Shown here: positions 57,876 through 64,000 of the stretch, piece after piece | Numbering within the stretch: position 1 is the first letter of the stretch | Layout of the letters: each line of letters opens with the position of its first letter | Source of the DNA: a virus | Strand: one strand, 5' to 3' | Virus record (IMG/VR): IMGVR_UViG_3300021964_000013 | DNA length: 64,000 bases | Translations under genes and position numbers: made by a program | Notes under the pieces: model-generated | Told to the model about the DNA's origin: nothing | The model's input: the letters and a program-made list of their open reading frames with translations, nothing else | Databases searched by the model: none

Positions 57876-57878
57876 CTG

Positions 57879-57909
57879 CACAATTCAATTACGAAGTTCC
57901 TTATATAAT
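57879..57909 (+). promoter_or_regulatory. Early promoter motif copy 5
   Basis: CACA-attcaatt-ACG-aagttcctta-TATAAT. Confidence 0.8.
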
Positions 57910-57926
57910 ACACTTAAATAATGCAT

Positions 57927-58082
57927 ATGAAGCCATTCATCTATCAGGACACTGTTATCAGTAACCCACACTACGACGAGACCGGCCGCTTTGTGGTCGA
58001 TCCAGTAAACTACTACGGTCAAGCGTACCTTGACTACCTCGAAGAATTAATTTCAAATACTATAACCAATGGGAGCAACTAA
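57927..58082 (+). CDS. 51-aa hypothetical protein (not in ORF track)
   Basis: MKPFIYQDTV...ETGRFVVDPVNYYG...*; directly after promoter copy 5. Confidence 0.55.
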   Translation: MKPFIYQDTVISNPHYDETGRFVVDPVNYYGQAYLDYLEELISNTITNGSN

Positions 58083-58356
58083 TATCCATTATGAGTTTCC
58101 GCTAGTAGATGCTGGCGGCAGAGAAGTAAGTGCGCGAGACGCATACAACCAACTAGTAGACGAGGCGCTATCATACTACGGTAGCGATCCTTATTCCGGT
58201 ACTATCGCTACATGCGAGTTTGCAGGCAGTATACGAGCGCCTAAAGATGACGACGAGTATGATGATCTACTCGATCGTATAGACAAGCGCGAAGTTCGTT
58301 ACTACAAAGACGAAGAGGCTAAGCGTTGGGTATTCATTGGCTGGGCAGCATGCTAG
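58069..58356 (+). CDS. Hypothetical early protein
   Basis: MGA...DAYNQLVDEA..YYGSDPYSGTIAT...FIGWAAC. Confidence 0.7.
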   Translation: MGATNIHYEFPLVDAGGREVSARDAYNQLVDEALSYYGSDPYSGTIATCEFAGSIRAPKDDDEYDDLLDRIDKREVRYYKDEEAKRWVFIGWAAC

Positions 58357-58368
58357 AAATCAAGTAGC

Positions 58369-58602
58369 ATGAACAAGCAATACAAATACATTACTGTACT
58401 CGACTACACTAATGGTCAGGTTTATATCTACGACTACAATAAAGACAAGTACAGTGCAAAACACTTTGTAGAAAACAGGCACGATCTAAAAATCGTTCAC
58501 TACATGGTACACAATTACAAGCCAGCTTTATGGACAAGCGACATGTACTTCTGCAACCGTGAAGAAGCATATAAACTATTTAATGAAAAAGCAGAGCAAT
58601 GA
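58369..58602 (+). CDS. Hypothetical early protein
   Basis: Operon packing. Confidence 0.6.
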   Translation: MNKQYKYITVLDYTNGQVYIYDYNKDKYSAKHFVENRHDLKIVHYMVHNYKPALWTSDMYFCNREEAYKLFNEKAEQ

Positions 58603-58805
58603 GTAAATTAAAACTAACGGAATTTCAAATCGAAGCAATGGGTGATATACTCGGTGACTACATTGAGCATAACTTCCACGAAGTAGTAGAGCGTGTCCTT
58701 GAATATGGTATACCTGAAGAGTTTGAAGATGTGTCAGACTATATAGATGCTATCGACCCAGAAGAGTTTGATAAGGTCATACAATACCTAAAGTCAACGC
58801 TGTGA
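58599..58805 (+). CDS. Acidic hypothetical early protein
   Basis: Operon packing with ATGA overlap. Confidence 0.6.
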   Translation: MSKLKLTEFQIEAMGDILGDYIEHNFHEVVERVLEYGIPEEFEDVSDYIDAIDPEEFDKVIQYLKSTL

Positions 58806-58978
58806 ACAAGATGATAAGGTGCTTAGAACGCCACGCCTATGCCCCTGAGATGAATAAGTTGTGGTTTGAAGATGGTTCCTACGTTACAATGCCTCAATGC
58901 GTAGACCTTGATGAAGCAGAGATGAGGCTTAAATACGGTTTATACGAAGAGTATGGAAGAGCAGAAATCACAGATTAA
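58802..58978 (+). CDS. 58-aa hypothetical protein (not in ORF track)
   Basis: GTGA overlap; fills the gap. Confidence 0.45.
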   Translation: MNKMIRCLERHAYAPEMNKLWFEDGSYVTMPQCVDLDEAEMRLKYGLYEEYGRAEITD

Positions 58979-59099
58979 AGAGTGGTTAGACGCCACAGCA
59001 GAAGAGATGTTTGGTGAGTTTGGTTTCACCACTTGTGATGAAGATCAGCAACTAACACTTATCTCGCATTTAGTAAACAGTATACTGCATGCTAAATAA
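58953..59099 (+). CDS. 48-aa hypothetical protein (not in ORF track)
   Basis: MEEQKSQIKEWLD..AEEMFGEFGFTTCDEDQQ...*; ends just before promoter copy 6. Confidence 0.55.
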   Translation: MEEQKSQIKEWLDATAEEMFGEFGFTTCDEDQQLTLISHLVNSILHAK

Positions 59100-59102
59100 C
59101 TG

Positions 59103-59133
59103 CACAAATCACATACGACTTACCTCGTATAAT
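59103..59133 (+). promoter_or_regulatory. Early promoter motif copy 6
   Basis: CACA-aatcacat-ACG-acttacctcg-TATAAT. Confidence 0.8.
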
Positions 59134-59139
59134 TAATAC

Positions 59140-59203
59140 GTAGTGCGTAAAGCAAGTTACCAGCACGCTTCATGTTATACGGTTTGGTTAACGCTTGCAC
59201 TAC
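59140..59203 (+). ncRNA. Candidate structured RNA hairpin
   Basis: Stacked helices GTAGTGC/GCACTAC, AAGC/GCTT, GTTA/TAAC, CCAG/TTGG starting at the expected +1. Confidence 0.5.
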
Positions 59204-59204
59204 A

Positions 59205-59290
59205 GGGTGTACACTGGCATGGCTGCCCGGGAGTTTTTTAGGTATTCTCTCGTTAGGTTAATAATCTAGGTTCGAATCCTAGTACACCCA
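59205..59290 (+). tRNA. Atypical tRNA/tRNA-like element (Leu-TAG-like loop)
   Basis: Perfect acceptor GGGTGTA/TACACCC plus discriminator A; perfect T arm CTAGG-TTCGAAT-CCTAG; irregular D and anticodon arms; loop TTTAGGT. Confidence 0.6.
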
Positions 59291-59310
59291 CTAACTTTAA
59301 TTCTATAAAC

Positions 59311-59751
59311 ATGAGTGAACTCAAAATCGAAAGGCCATGCCACCTATCACTTTTGTACTACGTCACCGACGATGTGTACGAAGCAGTCCTACAATCATGC
59401 AGTAAGTACTCGTATACAGGTCTTGGTGCGTGGAACGAGCTAGCGAGTAATTTTATACTATCTAGCGTAAGCTACGGTACTATTCAAACTATCTTGTCTA
59501 ACCACGGTGCGATGCACACTACAAGCCATATGGATACGTATGAGTTTATACTAGGTGTTGAAGTAACTGAAATGATAGAAAAAGATGTCCCAAGACGCGA
59601 TTGGCCAACAGTATATGCAGATCTTGTTGCCGCAGGTTTCCGTAACCGTGCGTACAACACCGATCACGCAGTAGACTGGGTGCTTGACGGCGTCATTATC
59701 AACAAAGAGAGTGTTCATTCTAAACTAGCGCTAGATGAGGCAGGAAACTAA
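59311..59751 (+). CDS. Hypothetical early protein
   Basis: 146-aa ORF. Confidence 0.65.
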   Translation: MSELKIERPCHLSLLYYVTDDVYEAVLQSCSKYSYTGLGAWNELASNFILSSVSYGTIQTILSNHGAMHTTSHMDTYEFILGVEVTEMIEKDVPRRDWPTVYADLVAAGFRNRAYNTDHAVDWVLDGVIINKESVHSKLALDEAGN

Positions 59752-60166
59752 AACAAGGCTTGTTAAAGCCGCTAAGTTTGCTTTAAGGCAAGCAGGCTTG
59801 AGAGAAATTACCACCGAGCGTCAAAGCAAAAACGGTACAACAGCATGGCGATGTGATAAGTCAGGCTATGAATTCTCAGAATACGAGAGCGGTTATATCC
59901 GCAGGCAAAGCGTGCCAAGCTTTTACAAAGGCAAAAACAACGCGATATACCAAATCAACCCAAGGCACAGCGTCAAGGAAACGCTACCATCAGAGCTTAT
60001 ATGGTACCACGGTAAAATGCGAAGGTTAGAAGAGCGTGTAGAAGAAACGTCTGAGTTCGAGATGATCGAAGACCAACACAGTCGCTTGCTATACATGCTT
60101 GCGTTCTACGTACGGAACAAAGACCGCTTCATCCATAATAAACATATTAAAGATATAATGTCATGA
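59735..60166 (+). CDS. Hypothetical early protein
   Basis: EITTERQSKNGT...YESGYIRR...YQINP. Confidence 0.65.
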   Translation: MRQETKTRLVKAAKFALRQAGLREITTERQSKNGTTAWRCDKSGYEFSEYESGYIRRQSVPSFYKGKNNAIYQINPRHSVKETLPSELIWYHGKMRRLEERVEETSEFEMIEDQHSRLLYMLAFYVRNKDRFIHNKHIKDIMS

Positions 60167-60348
60167 GTTACTTAAGCGAGTGCTGTGGTGCTGAACCACA
60201 TAGACTTTATTACTTCGAAGACGACATGGGTATATGCGGTGCTTGTAGCGAGCACGCTCATTTCGAAGAATGGGAAGAAGGTGCTGATCCTGAGATGAAG
60301 CATTGGGAACAAATGATCGCCTGGCGAGAAAAATTCAGCGGTGATTAA
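60163..60348 (+). CDS. Small zinc-binding protein
   Basis: SECCGA...GICGACSEH. Confidence 0.65.
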   Translation: MSYLSECCGAEPHRLYYFEDDMGICGACSEHAHFEEWEEGADPEMKHWEQMIAWREKFSGD

Positions 60349-60351
60349 CCG

Positions 60352-60382
60352 CACAAATCGATAACGTGGCACCTTATATAAT
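60352..60382 (+). promoter_or_regulatory. Early promoter motif copy 7
   Basis: CACA-aatcgata-ACG-tggcacctta-TATAAT. Confidence 0.8.
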
Positions 60383-60401
60383 AACAGTGTAATCAAATTA
60401 A

Positions 60402-60671
60402 ATGCTTATGAGCAATACAGAGTTTCCAAAATGGTACAACGGCCCAAAACTACAAGCCAGTACCGCAGTCAACCCATTCACAGGTGTAAAACGTGATCTC
60501 AATGAAGTAGAATACAGTATCTACGCTATGGTAATCAATACAGAACGTGACGTCGAGCGTATGGGTGGTGTATTCAACCCAGCCACAGCAGAGTTGCAGT
60601 CTAAAATGGCAAAAGGCATCGCTTGGTTTCGCAGTCATAGCGTCGACGCATACTTTGATCTTATAGACTAG
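60402..60671 (+). CDS. Hypothetical early protein
   Basis: PKWYNG...VNPFTG...KGIAWFR....AYFDLID. Confidence 0.7.
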   Translation: MLMSNTEFPKWYNGPKLQASTAVNPFTGVKRDLNEVEYSIYAMVINTERDVERMGGVFNPATAELQSKMAKGIAWFRSHSVDAYFDLID

Positions 60672-60673
60672 TT

Positions 60674-60883
60674 ATGACACGAGACGAAGTAATGAACAAG
60701 TGGATATGGCTGCCGCGTCTACAAATGAAGGCGGCCATCCACTTCAACAAAAAGTACAACGAGATCACACCAGATCAAGAGTACGAGATCAGGCTAATCA
60801 TCCTGAAAGAACGCGAAGAGCGTGAAGCGAAAGAAAAATCAATTCAAGAATTTTATAAAAGCAAAGGCTATGGCTCACTCTAG
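60674..60883 (+). CDS. Hypothetical early protein
   Basis: Operon packing. Confidence 0.55.
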   Translation: MTRDEVMNKWIWLPRLQMKAAIHFNKKYNEITPDQEYEIRLIILKEREEREAKEKSIQEFYKSKGYGSL

Positions 60884-61013
60884 TGAAGAATACATCTCAG
60901 ATGAAGAGTTAAATGCGATTGGTATGTCCCGCGAAATGTGGGATCGCTTACGCGAGGAAGAAGAGCGCTACGTTATATCGTGGGCGCATAGTGTTAACAG
61001 AAATAATCTATAA
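60870..61013 (+). CDS. Hypothetical early protein
   Basis: Start moved to ATG 60870 to reduce overlap. Confidence 0.5.
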   Translation: MAHSSEEYISDEELNAIGMSREMWDRLREEEERYVISWAHSVNRNNL

Positions 61014-61015
61014 AA

Positions 61016-61243
61016 ATGGCAGTACTTTACAAAGATGCGATGAAGAGATTCATTGATGAAATCACAGATGCTTGCAACCAGCATGAAATTCTTTATGCAG
61101 ATATGGTGCATCAAGAGAGTCTTTTCGACTTTCAAGAGCAGTTTATAGCTGCTTTAATGAATGCCCATGAAAATGGCTTGTTCACTCAAGAGCAGTTACT
61201 TAAGTTCAACTACGTATTCGGTATTACTAATGAAAAAGGTTAG
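61016..61243 (+). CDS. Hypothetical early protein
   Basis: Operon packing; A-rich leader. Confidence 0.6.
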   Translation: MAVLYKDAMKRFIDEITDACNQHEILYADMVHQESLFDFQEQFIAALMNAHENGLFTQEQLLKFNYVFGITNEKG

Positions 61244-61466
61244 TATACAAGTAGAGCTTCACGTGATAAGAAGCGAGTACTATGACTTTTTAGTAGAAGT
61301 AGATGTGCCAGAGGATGTTGACACTAATAGCAGTGAATTCGATATAAGCGAATTAGAAGAAGAAGCAGAATCACTCGCGATAGAAAAATACTGGTCCGAA
61401 GATCAAAGGCCATACGACGCGGAAACAGACGATATAAATCTTATAGAATTTGAATTATGGGACTAG
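61230..61466 (+). CDS. Highly acidic small protein
   Basis: About one third Asp/Glu; start at ATG 61230. Confidence 0.6.
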   Translation: MKKVSIQVELHVIRSEYYDFLVEVDVPEDVDTNSSEFDISELEEEAESLAIEKYWSEDQRPYDAETDDINLIEFELWD

Positions 61467-61852
61467 ATATGTACCTATTTCGCTTAAAGCGAGAAGCATT
61501 AGATAATCCATCATACAACATGGATGAAGACGGCGAAGAAGTAATGTATTGGCGTAAAGCCAATGCTATACACCGCTGGTTTACAGATGGTTACGAAAAC
61601 GACAACCTTGAGTACCTTGAGTGTGAAATAGATAAGCTACAGATCCTTAAAAAGCAATGCCAAGAGGATATCGACAACAAGGATAATCCAGATCATAAGA
61701 AAAATTTAGTTACTGCTAGTGGTTTTTTCTGGGGCGGTATGGAATATGACGAGTGGTTCTACAAAGACTTACAAGAGACTGTAGACAAGATCACTGAGTT
61801 AGAGCAAGAACACGAAGAAGGTGATGAATACTTTTACTACGCGTGGTACTAA
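61457..61852 (+). CDS. Phage protein of unknown function (MGLDMYL...YWRKANAIHRWF type)
   Basis: Recognisable motifs, including GFFWGG.EYDEW. Confidence 0.75.
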   Translation: MGLDMYLFRLKREALDNPSYNMDEDGEEVMYWRKANAIHRWFTDGYENDNLEYLECEIDKLQILKKQCQEDIDNKDNPDHKKNLVTASGFFWGGMEYDEWFYKDLQETVDKITELEQEHEEGDEYFYYAWY

Positions 61853-61855
61853 CTG

Positions 61856-61886
61856 CACAGACCAATTACGTACCGCTATGTATAAT
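61856..61886 (+). promoter_or_regulatory. Early promoter motif copy 8
   Basis: CACA-gaccaatt-ACG-taccgctatg-TATAAT. Confidence 0.8.
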
Positions 61887-61906
61887 ATACTAAATATCAA
61901 ATAGTT

Positions 61907-62155
61907 ATGTCAGAATCAAATTACAAGTACTCCTTAGAGTACAGAGAACGCCACGGCTTTAACGGTGCAGATTTATACTGGATGGAAGAAGCATTCAAGC
62001 TTTTCAGTGAAAAAGCCGCAGAAGAGTTAGAGCAAGAAGAAAAATCAGGTAAAACATTAATATACACTGCTAGTTTCTTTCCACAAATGTTCGAAGACAT
62101 ATTAAGTAAAGCTAAGCAATGGTCAAACCCTCCTAAAGTATACGAGGATGAGTAA
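61907..62155 (+). CDS. Hypothetical early protein
   Basis: Downstream of promoter copy 8. Confidence 0.65.
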   Translation: MSESNYKYSLEYRERHGFNGADLYWMEEAFKLFSEKAAEELEQEEKSGKTLIYTASFFPQMFEDILSKAKQWSNPPKVYEDE

Positions 62156-62297
62156 ACAAAAGCAACTAAAAAACGATTGCTTGTTACTAGCTAATATGGA
62201 ATTCCAAAAAGCTAGGCATAAAGACAAGAGTGAATTACAAGAACGTGCTGTAAAGGCATGGGCACACATTATAAAACTAATCGAAACTTCATACTAA
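62148..62297 (+). CDS. 49-aa hypothetical protein (not in ORF track)
   Basis: Fills the gap; TAATG coupling to the next gene. Confidence 0.5.
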   Translation: MSKQKQLKNDCLLLANMEFQKARHKDKSELQERAVKAWAHIIKLIETSY

Positions 62298-62974
62298 TGA
62301 AAAAAGTAATCAAATCCTGGTTGTTCAAAGACGAGCTAGAAGCTCTACAACGACTACAAGAATCTGTCTATGACAATATAGACGAAATCTCAAAAAATAC
62401 TAGTGCAATAGTAAACTTTGGTGAACAAGTAGAAAAAGATCACCCTACGCATGACACTGTTTCCGATATGATTGATACCGCTCTGGTTGATTCGGAATTT
62501 ATCACACAATCATGTCTTGAAGAGGCAATATCGGATTCTGAGTTTGTCAGTGAATATGACTTGCAGTCTAAGCTTGACGACTACATAACAGAGTATGACG
62601 TTGAAGATCGTTTAGAAAGCATGTTCAATGATCACAAAAGCGTTGTTCGCGAAGAGTTGCAAGAGTTTATTACCGTTGCAATCCACGCTGCTATACACGC
62701 TATCGATGACCTAGAGTCTTACAAGCGAATAAAGCGCTACGCAGACACTGATTTCTGCACCTCTACAGACTTTGAATTACTTAACGATCAATTAAGTATA
62801 TTAGAGCACAAGATCGATGATGTTGAAATCAACGCGGATTTAAGTGTAAGCACTGTAGTTGAGAAGCATATAGATCAGTCAAAAGAATATATTAATGCAA
62901 GACTACAAAACATAGACATCGAGTCTGAGCTTAGAAGCTTGCTTTTAAAACTACTTAACCATGATGCAATATAA
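62297..62974 (+). CDS. Acidic helical protein with short internal repeats
   Basis: DSEFITQ/DSEFVSE/DDYITE repeats; start at ATG 62297. Confidence 0.65.
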   Translation: MKKVIKSWLFKDELEALQRLQESVYDNIDEISKNTSAIVNFGEQVEKDHPTHDTVSDMIDTALVDSEFITQSCLEEAISDSEFVSEYDLQSKLDDYITEYDVEDRLESMFNDHKSVVREELQEFITVAIHAAIHAIDDLESYKRIKRYADTDFCTSTDFELLNDQLSILEHKIDDVEINADLSVSTVVEKHIDQSKEYINARLQNIDIESELRSLLLKLLNHDAI

Positions 62975-63212
62975 GGTTATTTATGAGGTACAAGAAGTGT
63001 TTGATGACGTAGAAAACGCTAGAAAGTTTAGAGACTCTATCAGTAAAGACGATAAAGTTAAAAACATTAGCTTAAAAATCAGCAGTGTAGACCCGTTTGG
63101 TGATCATTTCGATGTTAATTCAAGTTCAGCTGAGGTTAAAAATAATGAAATACATCCAGATAGTGCGCAAGGCCAGTGGATGAAAAGATTTAACAATAAA
63201 GATGTCAAGTAA
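62961..63212 (+). CDS. Hypothetical protein
   Basis: Operon packing. Confidence 0.55.
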   Translation: MMQYKVIYEVQEVFDDVENARKFRDSISKDDKVKNISLKISSVDPFGDHFDVNSSSAEVKNNEIHPDSAQGQWMKRFNNKDVK

Positions 63213-63342
63213 ACTGCACAAAATAGTTGACACCAACAAAAGGTGTAAGCACATCAAAAGAGAAGGTGAGAGTTGCAGATTAAACAACAACTGCACCTAT
63301 CCAAATTGTAAAATAGAAACCTTTAACACCAAAGAGAAATGA
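63202..63342 (+). CDS. 46-aa Cys4 protein ending in TFNTKEK (not in ORF track)
   Basis: MSSKLHKIVDTNKRCKHIKREGESCRLNNNCTYPNCKIETFNTKEK*; ATGA overlap inside the repeat. Confidence 0.6.
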   Translation: MSSKLHKIVDTNKRCKHIKREGESCRLNNNCTYPNCKIETFNTKEK

Positions 63343-63346
63343 AAAC
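63317..63346 (+). repeat. Gene-junction repeat copy 1
   Basis: AAACCTTTAACACCAAAGAGAAATGAAAAC. Confidence 0.85.
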
Positions 63347-63761
63347 TGAAGAGTATACTAATCGATATGGTGACACATTCACCTTTGAACTAAACGAACG
63401 GGGTAACATCCAATGGAGTGGTAACTTCAAACATTGTCGTTTTGGTGCTGCTAATGTGTATGATGATGCATACAATGAATACAAGAGGGATGGTGGTACA
63501 CTATCTATGAAGGAATTCATTAATGAAGTACACGACATAATTAGAGATGAGAATGGTGACTATGTTTCTCCAAGTCGTATCGGTCAATCATATCGTGAGT
63601 TGGTTTACTCCGATTGGAATACCATTACAATGGTAGACCCAAGTGGTGGTCCATACATCACTAAAGGTGTAGATATGAAGTTGTTTGGGTTTGATGGTAA
63701 GATTGTAAATGGATTTATCCCCAACGAAGATGGATACGAAATAGTGATAGAAAACCTTTAA
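63339..63761 (+). CDS. Hypothetical protein (repeat-bounded cassette)
   Basis: Starts in repeat 1 and stops in repeat 2; NRYGDTFTF...MVDPSGGPYI. Confidence 0.75.
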   Translation: MKTEEYTNRYGDTFTFELNERGNIQWSGNFKHCRFGAANVYDDAYNEYKRDGGTLSMKEFINEVHDIIRDENGDYVSPSRIGQSYRELVYSDWNTITMVDPSGGPYITKGVDMKLFGFDGKIVNGFIPNEDGYEIVIENL

Positions 63762-63780
63762 CACCAAAGAGAGATGAAAC
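63752..63780 (+). repeat. Gene-junction repeat copy 2
   Basis: AAACCTTTAACACCAAAGAGAGATGAAAC. Confidence 0.85.
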
Positions 63781-63869
63781 AGATTAAACAATTCTTTAAA
63801 CACCTTGCTTGGTTAGAGCAGGAAAGAGTAAAGGCAATGATTTATTGTGGTAGACCCACATCTATTTAA
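63774..63869 (+). CDS. 31-aa peptide (repeat-bounded cassette)
   Basis: MKQIKQFFKHLAWLEQERVKAMIYCGRPTSI*; starts in repeat 2 and stops in repeat 3. Confidence 0.55.
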   Translation: MKQIKQFFKHLAWLEQERVKAMIYCGRPTSI

Positions 63870-63889
63870 CACCAAAGAGAAATGAAAAC
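63865..63889 (+). repeat. Gene-junction repeat copy 3
   Basis: TTTAACACCAAAGAGAAATGAAAAC. Confidence 0.85.
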
Positions 63890-64000
63890 ACCAATGCAAG
63901 AGTTGATTGAGCAACTCAATGAATTAGAAGCAAAGTTAACCTCATTAGAGGATGCAATGTATCGTGGAGGCGTAAGAAACGCTAAACGATTAGCAGAGGA
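63882..64000 (+). CDS. Hypothetical protein (cassette, runs off the window)
   Basis: MKTPMQELIEQLNELEAK... open to the window end. Confidence 0.6.
   Translation, partial: MKTPMQELIEQLNELEAKLTSLEDAMYRGGVRNAKRLAE

Noticed and set aside
59229-59249. Ochre suppressor tRNA (TTA anticodon) and stop-codon recoding
   Set aside because: Requires a 9-nt loop register; TTTAGGT matches a Leu-TAG loop better, and genes are intact and end normally in TAA/TAG/TGA under the standard code
63212-63247. Additional early promoter copy (AACTGCACA)
   Set aside because: No ACG or TATAAT at the fixed spacing, and it lies within a small ORF
63317-63889. CRISPR array
   Set aside because: Only three repeats, with very unequal spacing (435 and about 108 bp), whole ORFs between them and no cas genes

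Overview
The whole window is bacteriophage DNA, most likely a lytic, podovirus-type phage of a Bacteroidota (Flavobacteriia-like) host. Host evidence: A-rich translation starts without Shine-Dalgarno sequences, TAnnTTTG promoter boxes and a crAss/Cellulophaga-phage-like virion gene order. There are three blocks. (1) 1-7300 (+): replication and nucleotide module with a sigma factor, tRNA-Arg, DUF5675 peptidase, ERF, exonuclease, SSB, primase-helicase, a T4 gp42-like dCMP hydroxymethylase, NTP pyrophosphatases and a resolvase-like nuclease. (2) 7400-55711 (-): long late operon with small basic SPxK proteins, GroEL/GroES, holin-like genes, tail fibres, terminase, portal, scaffold, capsid, tail ring/nozzle and three ejection proteins. 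It ends in a phage-encoded histidine kinase/receiver module. (3) 55970-64000 (+): small early genes. Main candidates for new biology: (a) a complete two-component module with two membrane partners next to a holin-like gene; (b) a sigma-region-2-like segment inside the 2519-aa ejection protein, alongside eight exactly spaced YRCACA-N8-ACG-N10-TATAAT early promoters; (c) an out-of-frame SPAK-repeat gene nested in the scaffold gene; (d) a triplicated, synonymously recoded first early gene; (e) a hairpin plus tRNA-like ncRNA; (f) a free-standing RNR C-tail-like peptide; (g) repeat-delimited gene cassettes. All calls come from reading motifs by eye; no database searches were run.
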